Source: Balanoglossus misakiensis
Taxonomy: Eukaryota; Animalia; Hemichordata
NCBI GenBank assembly: GCA_040954595.2
Contig: CM082583.2
Span: 13,614,391 to 13,678,390 of the forward strand
Reading direction: 5' to 3'
DNA: 64,000 bases
Shown here: one piece after another, positions 41,307 to 55,700 of the stretch
How positions within the stretch are numbered: the stretch's first letter is position 1
How the letters are laid out: each line of letters opens with the position of its first letter
The notes under the pieces: generated by a model
Databases searched by the model: none
What the model was told of the DNA's origin: nothing
The model's input: the letters and a program-made list of their open reading frames with translations, nothing else
Position numbers and translations under genes: made by a program

Positions 41307-41937
41307 GGGAAGCGTTAAATTGCGGGTTGCGTGCTGCGGGTTGCGGGTCGTAAAATATGGTTGTGTTTTGATAATGAAAGAGTAATAATATTATATGTCA
41401 ACAGAAACGATCAAATGATTGCCTCCCAGAAGTTCAATTTACGCGATTTGCGCCACAACTCCGGCAGCGGACTTTGACCCTCACACTCACTACTGTGTGC
41501 GCGGCCTCATTAGCATAAATTAATCGGCCACAATCCCAGTCACTTCCAGCGGTAGTACTCGCTGAAATACGTAAACACTGAGTCCAGTGAGTTTTTCACG
41601 AAATGAGTTTTGGGACCAGAAATAATCAGAGTTCAGGCTTGTATAGGTCGTTTTATTGAATTACGCTCACTTTGCTTTCTGTTGCCGTTCAAATGTTCCT
41701 ACACAAGTCGGGTCGTTGCAACTACACGATATAGAATGGGGTTTGCCCGCAGCTAGCTGTCTGTGGGAGTAATCAGCCCCTGCATGGAAACCATGTCGAT
41801 CCGAACATATCAGCATTATATCAGATCATTTCACAACCACAACGTGACACAGAGATGCATTCGATCATCGCTGCGATTTTTATTCTGATTTTATTTTTAT
41901 TCATTGTCAACCCGCAACCCGCACATTAATCACTTTC
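41307..41937. mobile_element. Non-autonomous TIR element with an 8-9 bp TSD (Mutator/Merlin-like)
   Basis: TGAGAATAC at 41298-41306 and 41938-41946. Imperfect TIRs GGGAAGCGTTAAATTGCGGGTTGCG / CGCAACCCGCACATTAATCACTTTC with subterminal TGCGGGT repeats; CpG-rich interior. Confidence 0.75.
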
Positions 41938-42509
41938 TGAGAATACTTGAAACGGTTGATTGCGTATCATGATTGATAATATTTGATTTTAATATCGCGC
42001 GTATCTCTGCCATATAGTTCAGGGCAACGGTTGTTTGTATTATATTGTTATTGTTGCTGTTGTTGTTATTAATATTAATATTAATATTATTATAAGTTTA
42101 GTGGTCAGGGTTCATAGAGGTTAATGATTTTATATGGTGCATATATACGACACCGGTCTGCATTGCATGGTTAATTTTTTTCATGAACAATAAATATTGT
42201 TCAGTAATAACGTTCACATATTCCTTCGACTGAAATTTCATCGAGGATTTTGACTTACAATTTCACATCTTGGGTCACCAATAATTTTGTTTAATAACGA
42301 CTGTGTACTTTTTATATAAATTTTTGTCGGAGTGGGGTGTAATATCATCATTGTTTACATTGAACACCTGTGAGGTCAAAGTCAAAATGCGCCCCATAAC
42401 CCTGGTGTTATGGGACTCTGCGTCCTCATTTGAATAATTATTGTATGCTGATACCGCGAATTATTGTATTACAGAACTCCAAGAGTTACAGCAGTAGGTG
42501 AATAATAAT

Positions 42510-42660
42510 TGCTGTTATTATTATTATTATTATTACTCAATGCTTTGTCCCCAACAGCTATGAGGAGTTAAGTGCCTTGCGCAAGTCACCATCCTCAGAT
42601 AGAAAATCCATGGCCATGTCCAGGTCTCGAACCCACAATCCTCTATACTAGCAATAAGCA
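42510..42660 (-). mobile_element. tRNA-derived SINE remnant
   Basis: The minus strand reads GGATTGTGGGTTCGAGACC (B-box-like), then CTTGCGCAAGGCACTTAAC (CORE-like), and ends in (TAA)n. Confidence 0.6.
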
Positions 42661-43700
42661 CATGATAAGTTTGTTTTTTAGTGTATGGTGTTATGCCATA
42701 TGGCACACATTAAACACATTGGCAGCTTATGGGTCAGCCAGTGTTTGCTTATTGATCTGTGTGTGTGTGTGTGTGTGTCTGTCTGTCTGTCTGTCTGTAT
42801 ATGGCCATGTACTCCGGTGTAGACTTTTTCTTGTGTAATCCCTCAATGGGACCGCCGTGTCCTTGATGCATTTTTTATTAATTGTAAAGTGGCTAAAAAC
42901 GATAAATCAGTAGCTTAGACGATCTCCCGATTTTGCGTCAAACAAGCGCACATGTTATCTTCGGGCCTATACCCCCGCTGACACATAAAGAGATCTCTTC
43001 AAGTCTGTGTTTGTACTCCTTACCAACTTAAACTATACCAATTCCTTTCAAATAGGAGCACAGTGTCCTTGAGAACTTGACTTTATATTTTACAACTTTA
43101 CCTTCATCATTTTTATGTTTTATAATTCATTCCCCCACTTCTTCATTTTCTTTCAGGTTGGGTAAAAGTATTGCCATGAAGACTTGTGGACTGTGACAAA
43201 GACCCTTGCAAGTTTTCAGACAGAAAATGACCATACAGACATGACAGTTGTTAAAAAATTGTCACAAGAGAATTGCAAATATTGAAGAAACTTGTAGAAA
43301 ACTCAAATTGAATTCATTACCTGGTAGATGAAACTTGGACAAAAGTTCTTTTACTTATCTTAGAAGAAGTTGACATAGTCTCATACAGACACTGAAGTGC
43401 CCATGTCCCCAAGTTCCCTCTATTACCATCCAGTTCCAATTTCCAGTATAATAGATAGATCATTCATTTGGGTATACTCTCCCCCAAAAATAAATCAGCT
43501 GCTTTCTGCGGTCTTTTGCTAGTATAAACTGTCACTTAGAATGTAGAAATGGATCACAATGACAAATTCACTCCTGCTCATGTATTTGCGTAATTCATTA
43601 AGTGATTTGACAGAACACATAATTTGTCTGAAATTTAAACTCATTCAGATACTTTAACATTGCCAGATTGGTTCCAACATGCTCTGGACTATTCTTAATT

Positions 43701-46700
43701 ATGGAAACTAAATTTCACAAAGCTAGGAGTACAGTCAGAATCATGCTTCCTTATGGAGTTGGAAGCTGTGAGGAGTATGTTCATCATGACATTAATGATG
43801 ATACCGGTACTGTAGATAGAAGCCATGCAGTATTGAGTGCCAGTTGTTTAAATCAACACTATACAAGACTAGGAATGGATCCATATGGCCTTTCATCCCA
43901 AGAACAAGAGTTTCTCAGTGATTTGGATTATAGAATCTCAAGCAGTACAAGAATATATCCAGGAGATGAAGATCCGAGTATGACACATGTGGCAAGAGTA
44001 CTGGCTAACAATACCTGTGCATTGTTCCTAACCTTAGATCATAAGATGTAAGTATGTATTTTTCACTGTGTTTGGTGTTAGTTTATATGCATACCATAAG
44101 CAAAAATTCATTGAGGAAATATCAAAAACGTTCAGGTGTACAGGTTGACGATGAAAGAACTTAGCAATGCATGTAACAGAAATGGACTATATGTATCAAC
44201 AGTTCACAAAATTGATAATGTGTATCTTTAGTCACAGTAATTTTAAGTGCACGTCCTGAAAAAAAATGGTTCAGATTCACTCTAGATTGTTTTTGAAATC
44301 TCAGTTTGATTATCTCACTAATAATGGTAGGGTTAATGGCAGGAGAATGTGAATGAAGGCATCTTGAAATGTCATGACATGAAGGAAGTGTTTGTCAATG
44401 TGAAATTGTTAGGAAAATGAATCAGTCTAACTGAAACAAGAACCTACTCGATTCTCCCCAAGTAGGATGCATGGTCTATACTTTGTTCCGAACCATCTAT
44501 GTGTAAAGTCTCTCACACTGATGCTACACTGGATATTGATCCGACCATTTCACCAGAATTGAAGTGTATAAATTTAATTTAATGCGTTAGTGTTATAAAT
44601 TATTTATAGAAGAATCCTGAACACAGTTTTCTGGTGAATGAATGCTAATTTATTAGTTTCATTAATTGTGGTTGACCATAAACATGATGTTGGTTTACTC
44701 CAGTGTATTTGTACGCTGTAAAAATGTACAGATATTGTCACATGTTAGTATTAATGGTCACATTAGTGAAATGTACTTGTTATGGCATAGCTAGCGACAT
44801 ACATGTTAGCATATGTGACAGTAAGTCAGCCTTCCAACAAAGGTATATATTGTAGTAGTTCAAAACATATGCAGAAATTATGCTGCGTGTGTTAATGCCA
44901 AAATTTATTTGAAATCTGGTCTCTCCCTCCCTGGATAATGGTATGTCCTTAAAATCTCACTCTCACCTGTGTTTGTATTCATTTACAAATCAATAACATT
45001 GCATTTACATAACAAATAGAAAGGTGGCGTGACATACAATACCTGATAGGTCCCTGCAGTAGACACTTAAATATGAGTGAGCGTTGATGGAGTAACTGGA
45101 ATAGTAACCGGAATTCAAAAAAATATTTTAGTATGTAGCTGTCACACGTTCCAAGTTTGGCTTTGTTTAGCTTGTGACAGCTCATTTATTGATCATCGCA
45201 AGCTTGGCTATATAACAAGGACAGTCCTTTTGCCACTGGAATGGAAGATTTAGCACGTGAACTGAGGTAATCTCTTCTTCATGAATGTCAGCTGTGTTGA
45301 CTTGACGTATCTTCAACTCAATTGTGAGTCGACCAATGTACTCTGTTAAAGCTGCATGTCAGTTATCAATATGCATAGTTTATACCTTTGTGTCTGAATC
45401 AGTTAATGACCAACTGGATGTGCAAGTTAAATTGTAAAAATTACACTTTGAGTGCCCTATGAAGCAACATGTGATATTTGTCTTGCACTGAACAGATGCT
45501 GTTGTTGGAGTCAAAGTTCAACTTTTGAAAGATATTGCTGGTTAATGTGTAGACACTAATCAGATGTGGATATTATACTGAGCAGAAGTGTGGATTTCAA
45601 TCTGTGTTGTCAGTTGAGCTTCTCCAGTAAGCAACACTGTTTCCTTCAGAATGCCAAAGGAAATATATATTAAGTGTATGTTTGACTTAATTGGAGCACT
45701 TTGATACTTCCTGACTTGGAGAAATCTAGAGGAAAAGAGTGGATTCATCAAGCAAGCAATAATGCCCCACTGGTTATCTGGCAAAGGCAAAGAAAAATCT
45801 GAAAAAGGCTGCAAGAAACAAAACGATGTTCCACATGAAAATATTGATCCAGAGAAACTAGCTCTGCTCCAAAGGTGGGTTTTGGCTGGGTTTGATTTGC
45901 TCTATTTACTAAAGTTTGTGAAATAGGAAATATAATGTTTGATGCAGACTGTAACAGATGTCAAAGACTCAAGTTTTGTAGATTTCATTATTGTGGCAAG
46001 TGAATAAGAAGTTATTTTGTTCATTGTCATGCCCCATTTCAAACATGACCAGAGACAAGGTCACCTCAGACATTCTTTGACAATATTGCAAAATTATATA
46101 ACAATTATTTGGTAGTTTGATAATTCATTTATTCCAGTCCAATACTGAAGATGACTTTTATATTATCATATTTGACATTAGAGGTCAGGAATATTCCTTG
46201 AAGAAACGTTGTAGATGATCTGAATTGATGTATTTTGGTTTATGTGTTCAAAGTGACCTTTGTAATATCTTTGTACATGGGACATTTACCCCTGGTGTAC
46301 CAGTCCCAGCTAATTACTACCAACAGATTGGCAAGAATAGAACAAGATTATTCAGTTCTTCTGAACTGCTGTTTAATTGACAAACTGTTAAGTAATTTGT
46401 TGTTAATGGTGCTTCTATGACTCAGAAGCTTGTATGCAGGGTAGGTATGTGCACCTGGTCCTTCACAATTTTTTAAAAATATATACCATGTGTGCCATTG
46501 GTGTAATGACCAACTTGAACTTGTGTGAAATCTGTTGAGGTTGTCCATATATCAAAAATCTCCCTTGTACTGCACTGAATATGCACCTTCGTCATCGCTC
46601 ATGACTGTACAATTGTAAATTACCAGAACGTAGAAGCATACCACACAGGACTCCATTGATCCGCCATTTTGAACTTTGATCATATAGTCAGCGGTTGCAA

Positions 46701-49700
46701 AGCACTGCAAATTTACGCTTGTCTTAATTCAGGTATGATCAGATGCAGACACTGACTAAATCTATTTACTTGTTCAACCTTTGGGAGTTATATCCTCATC
46801 TCATAAAGCCAAAAGGAAAAAAATGTGTGGTACCCGGTTACCTGAGCTACCCAAGATTAGAGTACTTCCAGACCCTAAATGTGAAAACAAACCTTGAAAT
46901 CACGCGAGAAATACAAATCATCTGCTAGAATTTAAGTGAAAACTGCATATCAAAATAGTCATGGAGTCGTTCAGAATGCATATGCAGGTACAGAAACTGA
47001 GACATAGACATGTCGCTATACTGTCCTCGATGTCCACAATTTTTGTTAGTTGTCATGTTAGGCAGTGTTGATCCCCTGTATTTACAGAGAGTAAACACTG
47101 GCCCTGCAACGTTGGCAGAAACACACAGTAAGAACATTGAAGGCAATGGAAAGCAAAGAAATCTACAATGTGTACTCCATTTCATGTTGATCACAAGTTT
47201 AGACTCAGAGGAACATCATTAAAGTTTTCTATGGAGGGGAAGCAATAGAGGGACCGTGCTTTCATGTTGTGTCCATAAATAGTGTTAATTTGCCAAGTTG
47301 TCTGATGATCGTGAAGATATCATCTCTGAATCTATTCCAAAAGATTTAACTCCTTGTTTTAAATACATGGAATTTATCTTGGATGGAGCATTTGAATCAA
47401 CACTGCAGTTGTCCTTAATAAGGTGTCTTTGTTTGTAGAATTCGATGTGAGCTCAAAGAGTGTCAACGTCCTTTTACTGCTGAGTTGAAGACAAAATTGA
47501 AGCCATGGTATTTACATGTCCCCTAGCAACTGTTACCAGCAACAATGTAGTTAATCCATTGACATTACGTAACTAGTGTCTTTGTTACAATGATGATCCC
47601 CTACAATGAGGGTAACATTCTTGTCACTGACACTACATGATATCAGACTGAATTAAGTTGAATGCCATTTAAAAACCAAACAGGCAATTCTCCTGTGCTA
47701 TGTTATTGATTATGGAATTGTCTATATATAGAACCTTAATTCACATGCTATTTAAGGATTCAAGCAGACTTAAAAATATTAACACTTAACAGAGTGAGGT
47801 CGAACAACCAAATTAGTTAAGAATCTTTATAAAGATCTAGATGACAGGCACTTAAGGCTGGCTGAAAATGTGAAAAAGTGAAACATAGAGTAGGTTGGTA
47901 GAAATTGTTATTTTATTTTTCATTTTTTCGCCCAGTAATCATATTGGATTTCTTTGTAAAGTTAAGGGTAGGGTGCATGTTTAACTTTGGAAGATCTGGT
48001 TACTGCAAACACATTTTTTTCTTGTCCAAAAAGTAAAACCCTAATTTGATTATACCTTCCAGTCACCCCATATAAAAAGGTGTTGATCCATATTTTGTCT
48101 ATTAGTTATGACCCCGCTAAAAAAAGTCATGTTCTGACTAGAATTCAATAATACCTTTGTGCCCTTTGCAATAAATATTGAACTCTATAAAAGGGGCAGG
48201 ATAATAGAGATCCCATGGTTCCATAGTGAAAGTGAATACTAAAGTGGCAACACACAGACACTCGCTCTCCAGAGAATGCAGCATTTTTGTCTGACTTTCT
48301 CAACATCAAAACATGCACACAAGATATCAATATATTGTTCTGTGAACAAATTATGACTATTTTCCAAAAAAGTCATGACCCAGGGAGGATTTTCAGCATT
48401 TTTTGAGTTGTTAAAAGGTATGCTTTGCCAGAAATGTTTGCTAGTGATTTGAATATTGCTTGTCAATCAAAATACTTGGATGCAACATGCAAAACATTTA
48501 GATTGGTGATTGATAGTCATGTTTCAATATTTGTGTGATGGATTATATGTCACATGATTGGCCCCCTAGCTTAGTGTAATTGTGTTATGTCGGCCATACA
48601 GCGAGAAAGGTAAGTATTGTGCAGCGTTTATAGCCAGTGTCCTTCTTACCAATTTATCATTTGGAGAACGTCATGACAAGGCAGTATGTTCCAGAGGGAT
48701 GAAGTCATATTACCAGGAGTTGTAATTCTGTGTGAATTAACCTTACATGTTCACAGGAATCCTCATGTGATAATTGCCAATTATGTGATATATCAGTACA
48801 TTAAAATATACAACAGCAAATGAAACTGTGCTATTTGACAGACAAACAAACACAGGTCTCATTGGTTTTGTGACTACGACATTGTCATAGTTTGTTGTAG
48901 CTAATTGTGTATGTATATCCATATATACAAATATACAACATGTACCAAGTATTTTAGTCAGGAATAGCCATCATAATCTACAGGTACATGCATGTACCAG
49001 TTCATGTAATGTTAGGGACAAAGTGCATTCAGTATAATATCAGTGTATTGTGTGGAAAATTGGTAAACAGTATCAAAATATTCTCAAAAAAGTGATGAAA
49101 TACATTTAGTGCTGTTATAGTGAAGTACGGTACATGTACTGTTCAGCTGGTATATACAAAGAGTTTAAATGTATTAGTAATTTCATTTCCACATTTTATG
49201 TCATACTACAGGTAGTGATATTTTGCAGAGTTTGTTGATCATAAATACAATCATCAGTTGCAATCAAGATGCTGTAGATGTACGTTTATGTAGACCAACG
49301 TAATTAATTTGCCACTGATGGTTGTTCTTACTTTAATGAGAACGCACTATTCTTCTTTAGTTACGGATTTTTAATCTATAAAAGAGATGTTTTGGACATA
49401 TTACTACAATTTGATACATTATGGGATGACAAAAAACACTAGATTAATTCATGGTCATTAAGTATTTATATATCAATTTGTTCTGATGGATATTGTGTAT
49501 CACTATCAATATGATCTCTGAATAAAATGTCCAAAATACAACTGTCCTATTTTAAAAATAATTACAAAGCCTTCCTAACCTTAACCTATCCTAGAATGTC
49601 AATAATTGTAAAATGTACTTCTGCTCTGTATATGACTACTCTATTTTGTACATATTCCTTCTTATACTCAACAAAATAATTCTAAGTCTGATCATTTCTG

Positions 49701-52700
49701 ACTTAATTCAATTAAAAAAATAATTTCCTTCAGTCCAGGGTATGTCCAATGCAGATTTGTTTTACACACAATCCGCAATGTAGGTTATTTACTAAACTTT
49801 ACTACATGTTTAGGAACTAGACAGCAACTTTCATATGCACTAACCGGTATGTTGTCATGATGTTTTCAGTCCAGAGTGTGACACCTATCGGAGAATGGTA
49901 TCACCCACACCATGGTGGGCGGAAGTTGGTCCTGGCGCTTTTTTTCCCATGATTCAAATTACAGTAAACGCCATATTGGAAATTCTGCCAACTTTCCCTA
50001 GATTTTGTAAAAAATCGCGCGACCTATACATGGCGAATATGTTTTTTTTCTGAAAGAGTGACATCAAAGCTACCAAATTATGTAGAAATCAGCTACGACG
50101 GATTTCCCCTTTAACTATTGCTGGTTTCTTTCAAAATAGTCACAAGGATAAAAAACATAACAAAAAAGAAAATTTGTTTCCTAAACTGTATTATACTGAA
50201 TCTTTACTTTCTCTGCCTTGCAGGGCAACAGGTGCTTTTGGTAGTAAAAGTACTAGATCATCCATTTCATCAGAAAAAAGTGGATCAAGGTAAAACACAT
50301 ACATACATGTAGCTCCCATGTGCCAAATTAGAGCAGGATACGAGTGTATAGGATGACATGCCATGATGAGTGGTCATAAAGTATTTCTCTACTTTCCCTG
50401 AATAAATAATTGTGGTTATGCTGAAGTTCTGATTGGCATAATGTGCACATGAATAGCTGATATGCCTTCTAAACAAACAGCACTGAGTCTTGAACATTAG
50501 AGGTTCATTGGACATAACAATGTTCAATCAAAGTTTAGCAGGTTAATTGCATAGTAGACGTCTCTCTTTAAATTGAATAATTTTGTAGTAGATTTTGGAT
50601 TAACATTTGTATTCACATGGAGGCTGTGAAAGTCATGCTTTCATTGTCTATGTATATGGCTGTTGTAGTCATGTACAGCTGGTATACGCAATGACACAAT
50701 GAGTTTAAATGTAATTAATAATTTCATTTCCACTTTTTATTTCAGTAATGATGCTATTGAGTCACCCAAATCAGAAAAGGTTACCAACTGTTTCACAGAC
50801 TGTGATGGTACCCGTGATGACAATCCCGAAAACAATAATATCTCACATCAAAAACTTGCTCCTATGAAGAAATCAGGCAGACGGAAAAAAATTGGCAGGT
50901 ACGTATACCATGCATGTTGTTTCATTGAATTACTTTGGGTGTCAGTAGTACAGTTGAAAAAGCAACAGCAATTGGTGCATTGTCTTTTGTCATAACCGTC
51001 TTTTTGGCTTTATCAGTTAGTACCAGTAATTGACTTGAATCTACAACGACAAATTTGACATTCTCATACAGTGAATGCATCTTGAACCATCATTCCATAT
51101 TTTCTTAACAGTACACAAAATCTCTCATAATTTTATTGAACAGGTCCAAATCCTTTGGTGGTGTTACAGATATCCTTAATGGTGCAATATCAAAAATTGA
51201 TGTAAGTAAATTATGACATGAACGTATCCTTACAGCTACAAGAAGTTTAGAATGGAGAAGTATTAACAATCTATGTTAAAGATTTAATGATTGTACTTTG
51301 TAATTTTAATCAAAAAATCTATTTTGCAGAACTACTTGTCTGATTATTTTGAAATTTGAGTTGCAGATTCCTATTTTATATTAGTATCTATTGTAATTCT
51401 CTGGTTGAGGTGGGTTTATTTTTGAAAGTCATCATTATGAACCCTAATATATGTGATGCTATATTTGTGTTAGTTGTCTGTGACATGAGTAGGGGACAGA
51501 TGAGGAAGGTCAACCAGTCTTTGAAGACAACTTGTGTGTTGTTGAAACTGTGTAAATAAGGATATTAGTACTTAGTCTATCTGCCACATTTGTCACCTAA
51601 TCATGTCCATTACCTTGGTATGTTTTCAACTTATAGGATAGCCGCAATAGACATTTTCATAAACTCTTTAAAGATATTCCACTGGAGGAATATGCAATAA
51701 CCAGTGAGTATTGATTTAATCCAATATTTTCATATTATTTAGAATGAAAGTGAGGTGTGCAGTGGTAAATATACATTTGAAGGGTTTCTTTGACAATCAT
51801 AAGAGATTGGGGATGTTCATCATTTGATGTGTTTCGCTGTCTAGTAATTGAAAACAATATGTAAAGAGAACATGGAAAAACATGAGACAGACTCTTTCAT
51901 CATTGCATTTGATGGTGTCATATGTGGAATATTCTGTCTGAATTGTTCAACCCTTTTCTTTGAGTAAATTTCTAGCTACCTTATTTCTTTAACCCCTGCT
52001 CATTGCATCTTCATGTATCTTCCAGGCTACACCTGTGCACTGCTTAAAGGTACTATTCTGCTGCAAGGCCGGCTCTATGTGGCACGAAATTGGTTTTGTT
52101 TTCATTCTAATATATTTGGGAAAGAAACTCAGGTATGAGGATTATGATAATTGTTTTCTCTCTGGCTCAACTTAAGGAAACATTGACAAGTTTTTAGACA
52201 ACACAAATTTATTAACATAAATGTAACTGCATGTGTGTCAAGGGCAGTGTTTCATCATGGCTGGCATCAACCTGTGTACTACCTCCATTGTTGAGTATTT
52301 GGGGGTATTCCACTCAGGCAAGGGGCGACTGCAACAAAACATTTCATGTGATGCTGGTCACCCCTTGACAAATTGCTAACAGGTACTGACATGTCACTAG
52401 AGGGTGACTTGTGTTTAGATGAAATGCTGTATCAGCTGTGATCATATGGACATGGTCACCAAAACTGAATTATTTATGTACTGTGCATAATAAGGATAGG
52501 AATATTTGTTAATAAAGATAAATATGTTGTTGGGACACCATGAAGTGAGGTATGGAATTACCCTTATTTGGCCGTGATGTTAAAAATTATGTGTTGATGT
52601 ATGTGCTTGCAGGTCATTATTCCAGTACTTACAATAAAATCTATTACACGAGAAAGAACAGCATTTGTGGTTCCAAATGCTATTGGTGTTAAGACTATGG

Positions 52701-55700
52701 ATGACAAGAAGGTAAGTTAAATTACTAATCACCACGGAGTGAGTCATTAAAATATAGACTTCATTTTTACCCAGCCATCTGTATTTCACTTAAAGTGGCC
52801 ATGTCTGTCCCACAAAATCTTTTGAAATTATACCATGGTCAGCCTGATTTTTTGGGGTTCTGGCGAAGACAATGTTTTTGTTTCCCATGAGTCTACATGC
52901 TTAGTATTTGTTTAACATATCCAATACTGAAATTATTACACATTCATTTGCTGATATTTAATTACCACTTGTGGACTTATAAATTTTAATGGAATGTTAA
53001 CACAATAGTGATAAAAATCTATGACAACAGTGACCAAATAGTGTCAGATCAGAATTATGCACACGTCTAGTGAAATGTGTCAACAAAAACAGAATGATAA
53101 TAGCTTAATGTCACATATGGATATGCACACATTTTGGTGCATGAGTTCCAGTGTTCACAGAAATTGTGTAAAATATCATGAAACTCATTAAAATCCTGGA
53201 GATTTGTCTCATAGGTAAAAAGTGTGTGTGAGAGAAGACTTGAAGCCTATTCCATATTGAAGCATCCTTTTTGGAGGATGTGGATTTTGTGCATGGACTT
53301 GCTTGCACTATGAATGTGAATTGGTACAGTGTACATGTACCCAATTATGGGGTGTATCTTAGGGTACATGCATGTGCTCTTTTTTATAATGGCCCTATTA
53401 CAGTGAAAATGTGTGATAGATATGTGGTATCAGTTTTCATACAGGTAAAAGTGTGCTTTTAATTTAAGTCAAATATTGACAAATGCATGTTGCCCATGCA
53501 TACACTGGTTATCACAATGAAGACAAACTCTGGGTGTAATTGTAACATGTACATGCATATAATGTAAAACAGGAAATTTTTGCGACTTTGCAAGAGCCAA
53601 AAAACGTGATAATGATTAGTCGAGAAAGAGCAATGTGAACTATAGAATGTTATTTGGAAGAGAAAACAAAATTTTACTGTAGGGGATCATGTATTATAAA
53701 TTGTCATCTCATTTTCATGAAAAATATTTATGTGTATTTTGTCTCCACTTTCTTTTCTGCAGCATGTGTTTGGCTCTTTGCTCTCCAGACCTGTCACATA
53801 CAAAACTCTGGTTACAATATGGCAAAGTGTACTCAGAGATTATGCTGAAGAGGTAAACAATTTTATTTCACACTTAAAGATTTCACTTATCTGAATCTCC
53901 ATTGGCTTTCATTCTTTGTAGCATCTCTTCTCACTTTCATAGCATACGGCACCCTGTTCCATGTACCAGTTTTTCCGTTGAACTTCATTCCTTGTTCACC
54001 ATTTTGTCCTTCCATTATTATTGGATGTCTCAATTAGAAGCATGGCAATAGGTGAAATCCATAATTTGAATGGACCATGGTACAAACAAAATTATGAGTG
54101 AAAAATAGCCATAGAAATATGCGTATGTGAACGGTATTGCTATCAAATGACTAATCCTGCAATTTCCATAGAACATTGCAGAAGTCTGTTTGTGACATTT
54201 TATTCTGGAGTATATGCCTACTGCCTGTGTTCTCTAAATGTGCCATGGCTAGTGTTACCATGAATCTTCTGACAAGTATATCCACATTTGTATATCTTGT
54301 ATTATATGGGGCCATGTTTTGGAAATGAAACTCGGTCACCAAAGAGATTTTTCACTTCACTTCGTGTAGAGATCCTGTGATTGTCCATTTGATTATTGGT
54401 AGATAGTCAAATTTATCTCCCAACCAGCAATACCACAGAGTATCAAGTAAAATAATTTATTTTTTAACTTCTTATCAGACTTGGAGTTGATGCTTTTATT
54501 TCATAATGTTTCTGATTTTGGTAAGATACCAAAGTTATGCTAGAGATATTTCATTTTGCAAAATATAGAAATTTGCAAATACACATACATAGCCTTCAAT
54601 ATGCAGCCAGCAATTTTAGTTCATGTGTCACATTCCATACAATTCAGGACATATCAATAAGTCAAGATTCCAGTGCAAGGGAGGATGATGAAGAACTGGT
54701 TGACAGTGACACTGATAGTACTCAGGTTGAGCCATCATCACCGGTAAATTCCATTCACTGTTTCATTTCCATATGTTGACTCTGCCTGTCTGGAATAAAC
54801 ACAGACACCAAGCTAACTTTGTAAATTTCAAAGAGTGACATTCACTTGAGAATACAACCTTAGATTGGTGTTTGTTTTGCTTCATGAGACAAATCACCCC
54901 AACTTTGTTAAGTATTTTGCTACTCTGTGTACTTGAACATGCCAAGTTATTTGTTTTCTGCTACCTTAATTTTTTGTCAAACTTCAGTACATAATAGTTT
55001 TCAACAAGTGTATCCTGCTAACATGCTTCTAGGGCAAACTGTTTCATGGATTACGTGACCTGGGTGTTCAGATGAGGAGCTACATGCCAGTGTTACCTTT
55101 ACAAACTTACCTGTCAGAATGATATTGTAGAGCTATTTTCCGTTATCAGTTTCAAACACATGCAAATGCACATATACCGGTATATGCAGAGATTGTTTTT
55201 TTCACTTTCTTCCATTTTATCTTCCTGTCAATCCTGTGGTCATTTTGCATAGAATTATCACCACCTCACACATTTGTTTCCTATACAGAAAGGGTTGTGA
55301 GTCATACAGATAGGGGTCGATAGGTTGCCATTTTTATGTAAAGCCTCAAAGAGAAAAAACACCCCCCCCCCCCCCCCCCCCCCCCATTCCTGTGATAAAA
55401 GTTAATCTTGTGTGTACAAATGTGTAAAACTTGGGATCATACATGCAGAAAAAATTAGGCTAAACAACATAAAAACCCATAGACCTGTTTGCATGTGTGG
55501 ACAATTACAAATGATCATCTAACTGCATAAAGAGCCAGACAGGACCCTAAAAACTGGAACTCACTATTGAAGTTGTAGGATTTGCAGTTTGTTGTCATTT
55601 TCAGATGTCTAAGCCACTGATGGCAAAATGCAGTCTACTTTGGTTGTTCGCTTATTACCTGAGCAAGTAGATTTACGCAGTAAACATGGCCAACAGTCAC

